From the NCBI RefSeq assembly GCF_009914755.1, contig NC_060940.1: DNA of 64,000 bases. The stretch is one strand, 5' to 3'. This document shows, piece after piece, positions 49,848-63,290 of this stretch (positions within the stretch are counted from its first letter, which is position 1; each line of letters begins with the position of its first letter). The notes under the pieces were generated by a model that made no database searches, was not told the DNA's origin, and saw nothing but the letters and a program-made list of their open reading frames with translations. The translations under genes were made by a program, and so were the position numbers. This stretch comes from the human T2T-CHM13v2.0 reference genome, Homo sapiens.

Positions 49848-50316
<469 letters not shown>

Positions 50317-50915
50317 TTTTTTTTTTTTATCTTAAATAACTTTTATTTGTTTTATTAGATTCATTTAGGCTAGATTAAGAGGACAAAATCAATATAAATA
50401 TTACATTCATATCATTCAAGAGTCGTTATTAAAGGAAAGATTAAAATGAATTCAGACAATTGTATCTGAGGAAAATAATATTCAATGCCTAAAAATAAGA
50501 AGTATGTAAGATGGTGAATTAGTCCATTCTCATGCTGCTAATAAAGACATACCTGAGACTGGGTAATTTGTAAAGGAAAGAGGTTTAATTGACTCACAGT
50601 TCAGCATGGCTGGGGAGGCCTCAGGAAACTTACAATCATGGTGGAAGAAGAAGAAAACACGTTCTTCTTCACATGGTGGCAGCAAGGAGAAGTGCCAGGT
50701 AAAGGCGGGGAAAGCCCCTTATAAAACCATCAGATCTCATGAGAACTCACTCACTATCACGAGAACACAATGGAGGTAACTTTCCCATGATTCAATTACC
50801 TCCCACCAGGTCCCTCCCATGACACGTGGGGATTATGGGAACTATAATTCAAGATGAGATTTAGGTGGGGACACAACCAAACCATATCAGATGGTCATAA
50901 TTTTCTCTGCTATGC
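50317..50915 (-). pseudogene. Unidentified polyadenylated retrocopy fragment (mRNA 3' end or L1 3' transduction), split by THE1
   Basis: AT-rich non-LTR sequence interrupting an MLT1 LTR. On the minus strand it ends aataaaacaaataaaagttatttaagat followed by poly(A) (T-run 50317-50328; tttatt at 50342 and 50351). MLT1 resumes at cttcttataagg. Confidence 0.55.
50515..50889 (-). mobile_element. THE1B/C solo LTR
   Basis: ttagtccattctcatgctgctaataaagacatacc...aaccatatca; perfect TSD gatgg. Confidence 0.92.
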
Positions 50916-50961
50916 TTCTTATAAGGATGCTAATCCTATCAGATTGGGTTCCTACCCTTAT

Positions 50962-51790
<829 letters not shown>

Positions 51791-52397
51791 CTTATGACCT
51801 CAATTCAACTTCATCACTTCTGCTCTCCAAAAACAGCTACACTAGAGGTTAGCACTTCAGCTATGAATTTGTGGGGCTGGAAGAGGGTGAAGACACAAAC
51901 ATTAAGTCCATAACACAGTCCTACTAATTTCCCTTCCCCATCTCAAAGACCCCACACCCCCATCTCATTCTCACGCTCTTGCTTCTACTCGTCACCTCTG
52001 CTCATGCTCAGGGAGTTTTTATCTCCTCTACAGCAGGAAATCTCAGCTAAGCAAATAGCCTTAGCTTCAGAAACTCAAAATCCCTTCTGCTGTGCCACTC
52101 TCCCTCAAGGCAACAGATGCTTCATTTCCGACAGCCCAAATGGAAGAGGGTCATTGGGTATAGGAAGAAAAAAGTAGAAACTACAAGAGAAAACAAAAAA
52201 TTCACATGACTTGCATAGCAGCGTATTACCCCTCCATAGGAATGATCAAAGTATAATACATTGAGTAAATAATGAATGATAATTTTTATTTCCTCTAAGT
52301 TATAGAGGAGAAAAGGAAACAAGGTTTAAAATGTGAACAATCATAATACGTAAGAAAAAGCAAACTGCAGAGCAGTGAGGAGAGTGTGATCTCTCTC

Positions 52398-52595
52398 TTT
52401 TTTTTTTTTTCAGACAGGGTCTCACTCTGTCACCCATGCTGGAGTGAAGAGGCCCGATCATAGTTCACTGCAGCTCCAACCTCCTGGGCTCAAATGATCC
52501 TCCCACCTCAGCCTCCCAAGTCACTGAGACTCCAGGTGTGCACCACCACACCCAGCTAATTTTTTAACTTTTTATAGAGACAGTGTTTCACTATG
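52398..52595 (-). mobile_element. 5'-truncated AluJ among old L1 fragments
   Basis: Alu right arm plus linker. Confidence 0.85.
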
Positions 52596-53317
52596 AAAAC
52601 AAATATGTTTAGATACTTTATCAGTTTATAGGAAAAAAAAAACTGAATGGGCACACAGCTTTTTCACAGTAGTTTCATCTAGAGAATAAAATTAGGGAGA
52701 GAGCATTTGAACTTTTTATTTTATACACATCTACATTTAAATAAATCTATGAAACATTTAATGTGAATAATAAAATGTTAAAACATGATGAGGAGAGATA
52801 ATTAAAAGACTAGATACTTAAGATAAACGTTTATTTTGTTAAAATTCCAATAAAACAAGGCTGTGATAAAAAGACAAAAACCGACGCAGTTTGAAAGAAA
52901 ATAATGAAAATGAGAAGTTATAACAATTATCCATTCAAAGTTAAAAATTAAAAAGCACGCTGAGATGAAATGTCAAAGATGTAACAATGAGAAAGGCAGT
53001 ATAAGGTACATTAAACAAAAAAGGTGTTAGAGAAAATATGAAAACAAAGACCACGGTTTGGAGACATAAAGAAAGCCAGGGAAGCCATTCATTAGAAGCA
53101 GCTAAGACTGAAGCTTTGTTAACACGATTTTTGTCTGGCTTCCCTAGTAAAAAGTCTCCTGTGTCAGAATTACTTGTTTTTGTCCCCAAAGCACCATCAG
53201 CCTCTCTATTTTCACTCATAGCCCCCGTGGCTCCAACTTCCACCTCTAGCTGACTTTTGGGGGCATCCACTTGTGAGCACAGGGTGCAGCTCCTTACAGC
53301 CACAAAACCACACTCAG

Positions 53318-53614
53318 GCCGGGCACAGTGACTCACACCTGTAATCCCAGAACTCTGGGAGGCCTTGGTGGGAGGATTGCTTGAGTCCAGGTGTTTGAGA
53401 TCAGCCTGGGCAACATAGCAAGACCCCCATCTCTACCAAAAAAACAACAAAATGTAACAATTAGCCTGGCATGGTAGCATGCACCTGTAGTCTCAGCTAC
53501 TTGGGAAGCTGAGGTTGGAGCTCGGGAGGTCAAGGTTGCAGTGAGCCATGATTGCACCATTGCACTCCAGCCTGGGTGACACAGCAAGACTGTCTCTAAA
53601 AAGAAAAAACAAAA
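53318..53614 (+). mobile_element. AluJ
   Basis: TSD cacactca. Confidence 0.9.
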
Positions 53615-54234
53615 CACACTCACCTTGGCTAAGCACAGTTGACCCCAGGGGTCCTGAACCAGAGAGATGCAATTCTGTCCCTTGCAACGGAATCAGCTTT
53701 GTAGAACTTTCTGGAATCTTAGCTCACAGAAGGAATGTACCTCCACCCTCCCCGGAGCAAAGCAGAACTGCGTTGAAATTCCAGGTTACTTCTCTAAACC
53801 TCCATTTCCTCTTTTGTCAAGTGGAGGAAGTAAGAGCCCACCTCATAGAACTGTTATGGAGACCAAATACCCATAAGGAGAATTGGAAAACCTTCAGATG
53901 AGAACACTTGTCTCCTTTTGCAAAGGAATAGAATGAGGTTTGAAGATTTGTCCATCACACAGCAAATACATTTAACTCAATATCCTCTCTCTCCAGGGCA
54001 TGTTCCTTTATGCTAGTCTTGGTTTGGGGATTACATTTTTTGTTTGTTCGTTTTCTTCAAGGGACATTTTTGGTTGCATGTCTTCAAAGTTGTTGAGGAG
54101 CAGAGATTTCCAGAGACGGGCTGATACCTGCCCCAGAGAACAATCTTTAGGATCAGTTGAGTTCCCTGAAATTGGAATAGAAGTTCAGCTTCCACTCAAG
54201 TGGACTTCTGTAGCATTAAATGAAAGAAAGATTT

Positions 54235-54552
<318 letters not shown>

Positions 54553-55747
54553 TCATGTATCTTCCCCTTTCATTTTGCTGTCATTCATGTTTCCTTATTT
54601 AAAGACATAAACTGAAAGATTAGAAGGGCAATGTAAAAGAATCACCTTTTTGTAAAATGAATTAAAATGATATAGAATACTAAAAATTGACCAAATAGCC
54701 ATTAGGTAATTAGGGCCTGCCACTCCCACCCCTACCCCAACCCAAGGCTGCTTAAAATCCTCTAATACCTAGTTTTAAAAGCTGATAATGGAATTAACAA
54801 GCAAGAAAGGGGAGCCAAGAGGTGGAAAGTGTGGGCTTGAAAACTATTGATGTCCTATCTGAGTCGCCTGAGCCAGTTACCCCTGAAATGGTCCATTACG
54901 TGAGCCAATATTTCATTTTTAAGCCAGTTTGCTTGTTTTTCTGTCTGTTGCAATGGAAAAAATATAAATTAAAAATGTAAATATAAATACACCCATCCTC
55001 CCCACCTCTTCCTGCAAATGTTTCCAGGCTTAACTTGCCTGCCTCAAAGAGTGCATTCTCCCCACAACCATTGCCTTAACTTGGAGAAGAGTGAAGATAA
55101 AATCCCTGTAGTTTCAAATATATTCTCTTTCTTTGGTGTATCCCAAAGCCAATCAAGGCCATTGAACCATCCAGCTAGTGATTTACCAACCATAATGAGG
55201 ATGGAAATCCAGGCTGTATTCTAGGGGTAATGGTTAGTTGTTGCATTATAATTCAAATAACACATGGTGAAGTCTCTAAAATATAATTAGCCAGCCTTCA
55301 TATAATTGGTTCACCTTCATGGTTTATTCTTTGTCCAGTGGACGACTAGCCCCATCTATCAAATGGCAAGGCACTTCCCACTTGTGTGTCCCTAGGAATT
55401 CTCAACATGAGATGGTTGTCTCACATGTAAGATGGACTTCCACATGCAGCCTGGGAGTCATTGCACCAACCCTGGTCCTCACCATTCCCTGTCCCCTTTG
55501 CTGCTACAGATTGGCCACTGCCAGCCCCAGTTCATCGTCCTGTTGATAGACAGCTCAGCCACCCCTCCAGAGGCCCCTCCACCCTTCACCACCAATGCCT
55601 CTCTTCACTCTGGCTTTGTTGCTGCTGACTGTATAAGCAACTTGACACTTCTGCTTGCCTCTGTGTCTCTCACTGGCTGGTAGGGAAATGCCTGCCTCTT
55701 ACCATCCAGACTTTTACAAGATGGATTGCCTTCACTCAGAGGTTCAG

Positions 55748-55882
55748 GGCCAGGTGCAGTGGCTCATGCCCATATTGTCAACACTTTGGGAGGCTGAGAT
55801 GGGAGGATTGCTTGAGCCCAAGAGTTCGAGACCAGCCTGGGCAACATAATGAGGCCCCATCTGTTAAAAAAGAGAAAAAAAA
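55748..55882 (+). mobile_element. FLAM_C
   Basis: Left monomer with A-tail. Confidence 0.85.
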
Positions 55883-55909
55883 CGTGGTTCAAGCCCTTAA
55901 TAGTATTGG

Positions 55910-56661
55910 CTTAAAGTCAAGAGACCTATAAATTTTTAAATGAGGACTTCATTTCTTGAGAAGGATTGCAACCTGCAGGTTGGGAAGCAGAGCGTCCAGT
56001 GGAGACCAAAAGCAGGCGCTTTAATAGAGGAAGGGTGGGACAGGAGTTTTATGCTAAATGGGTTGGCTGAACATATATATTTAAGAGGTTATGGGGAAGC
56101 TACGCATATTCATGAAAGGGGTTGTAGGCATGCATGCTAAGCAAACATACATGTTACATGCATCCCATGTTCACTCTGGGGTAGAGAGTTAACATTAAAA
56201 TGCAGTAAAATTTGGCTTTATACATCAAAAGGTGAAACACAGGACACAAAGTCATTTTGTGTGCAGCCTCCATAAAATGGCCAGAACCAGTCCGTGGTCG
56301 GTGGTCATTTATCAGGAAGGAATGCTTTATGAATCTGGTCAGCTGCCATGTCAAAAACACAAAAAGGGAGGGAAAAGGGAGGGGACTCTGGCCATGGTGC
56401 CAGGCAGCTTGTTGAAGTTGAAAGTTGGAGTCAATGGAGAAATCTTCTTTTTTTTTTTTTATTTTTCTTTTTTTGCAGGGCTGGTTTTTGTTTAATTCTT
56501 AGGAAAAACCGTTTGGTATCAGCTAGTAAAGAAGAGAGTAGACCAACTTCCTGTTATCATAGCTGGGAAAATTAGTTTTTAATGTTTTTTGGGGGGGTTT
56601 CTTTGGCCAAGTGGGGTTCATTCAGTCAGATGGGAGCTAAGGATTTTATTTTTATTTCACA
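55910..56661 (-). mobile_element. ERV1 MER4-group solo LTR (MER83/MER65-like)
   Basis: Minus-strand start tgtgaaataaaaataaaatcc; catgcatgctaagcaaacatacatgttaca motif. Confidence 0.6.
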
Positions 56662-56907
56662 TTGACATAGTTATTTTATTTTACCACTTGACTCTTCTGG
56701 GAGGGTCCTCAATGTAGAGGCTGACACAGTTCCTCTAATGTCACCTCAGCCTCTTCCTTCCCAGGAAGCACAAGCACTCTAACCTGCCTAGACCCAGAAT
56801 CTCCTCCTTCTCAAACTCTGAACCTTGCACGGAGCCCAGACCCCAGTACCAGACTGTTCCCCCTGGAATAGGGTGATGGTTGTCTGGAGGGTTTCTGTAG
56901 TCCCTCC

Positions 56908-57269
56908 TGATATGGTTTGGCTCTGTGTCCCCACTCAAATCTCATCTCAAATTGTAATCCCCATGTATTGATGGAGGGACCTGGTAGGAGGTGATTGGAT
57001 TGTAGGTGGTTTCCCCCATGATGTTTTCATGATAGTGAGTGAGTTCTCATGAGATCTGATGGCTTAAAAGTGGCAGTTTCCCCCCGTGCTCTCTCTCTCC
57101 TGCTGCCATGTAAGACATGCCTTGCTTCCCCTTTATTTTCCCCTATGATTGTAAGTTTCCTGAGGCCGCCCCAGTTATGTGGAACTGTTAATCAATTATA
57201 CCTCTTTTCTTTATAAATTACCCAGGCTCAGACAGTACCTTTATAGCAATGTGAAAATGGACCAATACA
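56908..57269 (+). mobile_element. THE1D/MSTA solo LTR
   Basis: tgatatggtttggctctgtgtcccc...ccaataca. Confidence 0.9.
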
Positions 57270-57527
57270 TCTTCCTATAGGCAAGTTTCCATCAGGGCCA
57301 TCCCAAGTTCATTAGACAAGTCTGAATATGTGTTAAACCCAAATTGCAAATTGACCTTGCCTTCTGGGACCCAAACAGATGAGGTCGAAGGAATGAATCG
57401 GGTGTCCACAAGCATTACATACAGTTAGGGCAGCTCTATTTCCCAACACTTACAGAAAGACCTCCAAGATAATAGTATCTAACTGCACAGAACAGAATAT
57501 TTGAGTGCTAGTGAAGATGCCCTGTTA

Positions 57528-57572
57528 CATACACATAGACACACACACACACACTCAAACACACACACACAC
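57528..57572 (+). repeat. Imperfect (CA)n
   Basis: acacacacacacacactcaaacacacacacac. Confidence 0.9.
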
Positions 57573-57657
57573 CACTCTTTACATGACATTTGGGACTGAA
57601 TGAAAATACAAATAGTTTTGTGTCTTATTTTCTTAATAATATGCTATGATTTGTTGG

Positions 57658-57955
57658 GGCTGGGTGCAGTGGCTCACACCTATAATTCCAGCACTTTGGG
57701 AGGCCGAGGCAGGTGGATCACTTGAGGCCAGGAGTTCAGACCAGCCTAGGCAACATGGCAAAACCCTGTGTCTACTAAAAATACAAAAATCAGCTGAGTG
57801 TGGTGGTGCATGCCTGTAGTTCCAGCTACTCAGGAGGCTGAGACACGATACTCGCTTGAACCTGGGAGACAGAGGTTGCAGTGAACCAAGATCATGCCAC
57901 TGCACTCCAGCCTGGGCGACAGAGCAAGACTCTGTCTCAAAAAAAAAAAAAAAAA
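57658..57955 (+). mobile_element. AluS
   Basis: TSD gctatgatttgtt. Confidence 0.92.
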
Positions 57956-58059
57956 GCTATGATTTGTTATTAAACACTTATTTCTACCTTGTTATTAAAC
58001 ATTTATTCAAAAATTCATTTTATTACATTGGATAGGTGTACCATAATGTATTTTTTTCA

Positions 58060-59400
58060 CTTCTTTTTTTTTTTTTTTAAGACATGGTCTTACTCTCTTA
58101 CCCAGGCTGGAGTAAAGTGGTGTTATCACAGCTTACTGCTGCAGCCTTGGCCTCCTGAGGTCAAGCAATCCACTCCTGCTTCAGCCTCCCAAAATGCTGG
58201 GATTACAGGTGTGAGGCACCATGCCTGGTCTTTTTTTTTTTTTTTTTTTACTTCTTATTGGGAATATTTCTTATTCCTTGCTCTTATGACAGCATGACTG
58301 ATGAACAGTTATATATAATCTCTTATTATGTCCTTGTTTGTTTCCTCAGGATAGATTCCTAGAAGTGGAATTGCTGGACCAAAGGGTATAGGCTTTTTCC
58401 AGACTCTTGGTATATATTGCCAAATTGCTTTCCAGAAGGTTTTCCAAGTTTACACCTCCAATCAGGAAAGGGTGGATCTTACTTCAACTTCTTCAAAACT
58501 GAGTACTACGTGATTAGTTTTCCTTTATTCTTTTCTTTTGATTCATTTTTCTTTAATCTTTGCCTATTCAAAGATTAAAGGAATAAAATGTTTCTTGTTA
58601 TTTGAATATGTGTTTATTTCAATACAAGCAAGATTAAACAATTTTATTATAATTACTATCTATTAGTGAGCACACCAAGAATTTATGTCTTTACTAATTT
58701 TTCATATTTAGATATTTCTGGAGATTTTCTTATTGAATTGCCAGATTACTTTTGATATTAAAGATTTTGTTTGTTTGTTTTTTGAGACAGGATGTCACTC
58801 TGTCACCCAGGCTGGAGTGCAGTAATGCAAACACAGCCCACGGAAACCTTTACCTCCTAGGCTCAAGCAGTTCTCCCACCTCAGCCTCCCGTGTAGCTGG
58901 CATCACAGACATGCACCATCACACCCAGCAAATTTTTTTATTTTTTGTAGAGGTGGGGTCTCACTTTGTTGCCCAAGCTGATCTTGCGGGCTAAAGCTAT
59001 CCTCCCACCTCAGCTTCCCAAAGTGCTGGGATTACAGGCGTGAGCCACCACACATGGCCTTAAAGGCTTTTTTTCACAATGCTTTTTGTATTTTCATTTT
59101 GCTTAACACATTTGATTCACAGACATTTAAAGAATAATGTAGCAAAATCAATCATTTCCTCTAAAATTTCTTCTATTATTTTATGTTTAACGGGGTTCTC
59201 CTTGTTCCCTTACAATTTTACTAAACATGGTTTTGAATTTTATGGAGTAAAACCCAAGGGTATTCTCCTTCATGGAGTTTTTTTTTCCTGTTATGCTGAA
59301 AAAGGCTCTCATCCTCCCCAAGATCTGATAAAATAATCACTACACACATTTTCTCACATCTCTTTCATGTTTTCATTTTTTATGATTAGCTTTTCTTGGA
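58060..59400 (-). mobile_element. Old L1 (L1ME-like) fragments with two Alus (58060-58230 internally deleted; 58766-59059 AluJ)
   Basis: gatagattcctagaagtggaattgctgg, ttgccaaattgctttccagaa. Confidence 0.7.
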
Positions 59401-59531
59401 TAAATTAAAATTTATAACATTTTATTATAAAAATAGCATTTGTGACAAAAACATATGCATTAAATGATATTTAGGGAAATTTTAGTAAATAAAAAAGAAA
59501 AGAAATGGCATGTAAAATCTCAATAATGAGA

Positions 59532-59823
59532 TTTTTTTTTTTTTTTTTTTAGATTCAAAGTCTCACTCTGTTGCCCAGGCTACTAGAATGCAGTGACATA
59601 ATCATAGCTCACTGCAGCCTCAAACTCCTGGGCTCAAATTATTCTCCCACCTAGGACTACAGGTGCATGCCACCATGGCCTGCTATTTTGTTTTAAATTT
59701 TTTTGTAGAGACAGGGTCTCACTATGTTGCCCAAGCTGGTCTCAAACTCCTGGCCTCAAGCAATCCTCATGCCTCAGCCTCCTACAGTGCTGGGATTATA
59801 GGCATGAGCCACTGCACCTGGCC
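59532..59823 (-). mobile_element. AluJ
   Basis: AluJ consensus. Confidence 0.9.
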
Positions 59824-59928
59824 AGAGCACATATCACTTTAATGATTTTTTATAATACAGTAAACCTTTTGGGGCTCCCTAATTCCTTCAGGCATTCTTA
59901 TCTTGGTACACTATACAAAGGCCTTCTC

Positions 59929-60066
59929 CTTTTTTTTTTTTTTTTTTTTTTGAGATGAGTCCTCACTACATTGCCCAGGCTAGTCTTGAACTTCTGGCCT
60001 GAACGAATCCTCCTATCTCAGCCTCCCAAGTAGCTGGGATTGCAAGTGTGTGCCACTGCTCCCAGC
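59929..60066 (-). mobile_element. FLAM
   Basis: Monomer; TSD tacaaa...ct. Confidence 0.82.
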
Positions 60067-60219
60067 TTACAAATCCTTTCTTAAATTTGTCTTCTTTCTT
60101 CTTTAACTGCACAAGGCACTTCTGCATCAGTTGTCGGAACTATTGCTGGAACAGACGTATAGGGACCTGATGCTCCTTGATACTTCAATTTTTTTAAAGA
60201 TCCATTTTCTTTCTCCTAG

Positions 60220-60455
60220 TGCAAAGTTTCTCAACCTTGGTACTATGGACATATTGGCCCAGATAATTGTGGGGAGCTGTCGTGTGCACTGTAGGATGAT
60301 GAGCAGTACCCCTGGACTCTACTCACTAGATTCCAGCAGCACACCCACCCCAAGTTGTAACAACCAAAAATATCTCCAAACATTACCTACTGCCTGTAGA
60401 GGAGGGGAAGGGAAGGGAAGAGGAGGGAGGGGTCAACCCCCCACTGAGAATCATC
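60220..60455 (+). mobile_element. MER20 DNA transposon
   Basis: tttctcaaccttggtactatggacat...ctgtcgtgtgcactgtaggatg...ctgagaatca. Confidence 0.85.
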
Positions 60456-61006
60456 ATCACACAGTGACAAACCCTCCACTCCATCCACAAGGATCTCAGC
60501 TGCCTGCATCACTCCTACTTAATTCTCTGAGACTCAGGTCAAGCCTTCCCTCTGCCTGAAATTGTTCCCTGACCTTCCCAAGTGAGCAAGCTGTATCACA
60601 TCCCACAAAAGTGGGTGCAACCCTCTCTTTTTTCCTCTCTTATTGAACTGTCTTATAATCTTGAGTTTTGTCTGTTTCCCCCACTTGACCTTATGAACAT
60701 CCCCCAAACACGGTACATAATAAGTGTTTGTAGAGTATATACAAAAGTCCTACAGCCTGTGTAGCCTATGGCAATCCCATATGAAATGTCATTTGTCTGT
60801 ACATGGGAGATGGGACACAGAGAGTGAAACAGTGGAACTTTCTAGGTTCAATAGAGCAGGTACCTTGACCAGCATCAGGGCCACAAAATTATAACTACAT
60901 ATCTGCATTTTATCTCTGTGATGGCAACATCCTATGGGGATCTATAAATTGGATTTAGCCACCACCATCACCTCTTTCTAAAGCCAGGCCACCCTGTATT
61001 CACCCA

Positions 61007-61444
61007 GGTATTAGTCAGTGTTCTCTAGTGGGATAGAACTAATAGGATAGATGTACATATGAAGGGGAGTCTTTTAAGGAGTATTGATTCACATGATCAC
61101 AATGTGAAGTCCCACAATGGGCCGTCTACAAGCTGAGGAGCCAGGAAGCCAGTCCGAGTCCCAGAGCTGAAGAACCTGGTGAACTTGATGTTCCAGCATG
61201 GGAGAAAGATGTAGGCTGAGAGGCTAAGCCAGTCTAGTCTTCTCACGTTCTTCTGCCTGCTTTTATTCTGGCCAAGCTGGCAGCTGATTAGATGGCACCC
61301 ACCCAGCTTGAAGGTGGGTCTGCCTTTCCCAGTCCACTGACTCAAATGTGAATCCCCTTTGGGAACACCCTCACAGACACACCCAGGAACAATACTTTGC
61401 ATCCATCAATCCAATCAAGTTGACCCTCAATATTAACTATCACA
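61007..61444 (-). mobile_element. MLT2A (HERV-L) solo LTR
   Basis: Minus-strand start tgtgatagttaatattgagggtcaacttgattggattga; perfect TSD accca (61002-61006 / 61445-61449). Confidence 0.9.
61407..61417 (+). promoter_or_regulatory. DUX4-type motif in MLT2A (CAATCCAATCA)
   Basis: One mismatch from TAAYCYAATCA; located near the 5' end of MLT2A. Confidence 0.5.
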
Positions 61445-61499
61445 ACCCAGTTGTAGGCATAAGAGCTGGACAATAAGATCACGAGACTTTCCCTCCACC

Positions 61500-62728
61500 T
61501 TGTGTGATAAGAAAGAAGTTGCCTGCCAATCAACAAGTGGAAAAAAACCCCAGGCAATAACTCCTTACAGACATGGCTTGCAAGACCACACCTTGGTTTA
61601 ACAGGGCAATGAAACTGCCTTGCTACAAGCCTGATACAATGGCATTCCATGAAATCAGATGTTATCAAAGATCCATGGAACCCATGAACATACTTTCCTA
61701 GGTCTGGTGCAAACAGTCGCCCTGGGCATCACACCAGATTTGGGCTTCTGGGAAGATGACATTGATGCTTTGGGGGAGGCAAGTGAGGCCTACCGGTCTT
61801 CTTGTTTGAAGATTCCATCCTGGTACCACCCATGTCAAACGAGTAACTACCATGCCCCAAAACAACCAGACAGCCTGCTACATACTGGACGCCATGCTTA
61901 AGTTCCAGTACAATAAGAAACATTTCCTTGCCAAGCCAATAAAAATACCTTTTTCTCCCTCTGCTATTATCAGAAATCTGAACTTAATACTGTTTTTTTT
62001 CCAAGAGGGTAAAAGCAATCTTAGTATAATGACAGGTCATGGAAAAATAGGAGACATAAATAGATATTGACAAATTATTTTTTCTTTCCATTTTCATTTG
62101 TGTGGGGATTTTTCATGCAAAACAGGGACATAAAGTATTTGTGCAAGTCAAAATGTTTACTGAACAATTTTATAATAATCACAAATAGACCAGTTAAGTA
62201 TTTTCTAGACCATGCCAGCATTTGGATTTTTTTTAAACAGGTAACTTTTTTAAATCAGTGACAACTAAATGATGTTTAGAGCATGTTAAATGTATAGTAG
62301 AATCCATTAATTCCCCTTTTTTTTTTTTTTTTTTTTTTTTTGAGATGGAATCAGCTCTTGCCTGGGCTGGAGTGCAGTGTCATAATCTCACCTCACAGCA
62401 GCCTCCACCTCCTAGCTTCAAGCAATTATCCTGCCTCAACCTCCTGAGTAGCTGGGATTACAGATGTGTGCCACCAGGCCTGGCTAATTTTTGTATTTTT
62501 AGTAGAGACGGGGTTCACCATGTTGGCCAGGCTGGTCTCGAACTCCTGACCTCAAAAGATCAGCCCACCTGGGCCTCCAAAAGTGCTGGGATTACAGGCA
62601 TGAGTTACTGCATCTGACCCCCCCCTTTTTTTTTTTTTTAAAGCAAATTATCCTACATGTAAGTACATGTATTTTAATGAACTTCCCTGTTGTTCCTGGG
62701 GATTTATTATTAAAATGCACTGAACTAC
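61500..62728 (+). pseudogene. Processed pseudogene of histone H3.3 (H3F3A/H3-3A-type), decayed CDS plus long 3'UTR, interrupted by an Alu
   Basis: Codon-level similarity to H3.3 from degenerate start TTG (61500) to TAA (61899-61901): CYKPDTMAFHEIRCYQRSME ~ [50 protein letters not shown] ~ [48 protein letters not shown] ~ HAKRVTIMPKDIQLARRI. No introns, with an in-frame stop and frameshifts. Downstream matches the recalled H3F3A 3'UTR (ggaaaaatagg, ttccattttcatttgtgtg, atgccagcatttggattttttt, caactaaatg, cctacatgtaagtacatgt) and ends after ATTAAA at 62709-62714. Confidence 0.93.
62316..62620 (-). mobile_element. AluS inserted in the H3.3 pseudogene 3'UTR
   Basis: Alu consensus; the UTR resumes at ~62645. 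Confidence 0.92.
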
Positions 62729-62792
62729 TTATTTTTAATGCTACTAAGGGGCTGGATATTTTTATTTTACTAATTAACTGAAGCCCTATGAG

Positions 62793-63107
62793 GTTTTTTG
62801 GGATTTGTTTTTGTTTTTTGGTTTTGAGACTGAGTCTCGCTCTGTCACCCAGGCTGGAGTGCAGTGGCGTGATCTCGACTCACTGCAACCTCCGACTCCC
62901 AGCTTCAAGGGATTCTTGAGCCTCAGCCTCTCGAGTAGCTGAGATTACAGGAATGCACCACCACATCCAACTAATTTTTGTATTTTTAGTAGAGACACGG
63001 TTGCACCATGTTGGCCAGGGTGGTCTTAAACTCCTGCCCTCAAGAAATCCCTCAACTTGGCCTCCCAAAGTGTTGAGATTACAGGTTTGTGCCACTGTGC
63101 CCGGCCC
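62793..63107 (-). mobile_element. AluS
   Basis: TSD ccctatgaggttt/ccccgtgaggttt. Confidence 0.92.
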
Positions 63108-63132
63108 CCGTGAGGTTTAAGATAGTAGTTTG

Positions 63133-63290
63133 AGTCCAGGTGCAGTGGCTCCCACCTGTAATCCCAGCACTTTGGGAAGCCGAGGTGGAAGGATCACTTG
63201 AGCTCAGGAGTTTAGAGACCAGCCTGGACAACATAGTGAGACCCTGACTCTACCAAAAAACAATAACAACAGAGAATTTTTTTAAAAAAG
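63133..63290 (+). mobile_element. FLAM_C
   Basis: Left monomer with A-rich tail. Confidence 0.85.

Noticed and set aside
60131-60559. 142-aa ORF upstream of the H3.3 pseudogene
   Set aside because: Mostly read-through of MER20 and L2 sequence.
61659-61901. 80-aa ORF with partial histone-fold similarity as a functional H3 variant
   Set aside because: Only about 30 residues are in the H3 frame. The start codon is lost, with an upstream stop and several frameshifts, so it is a pseudogene.
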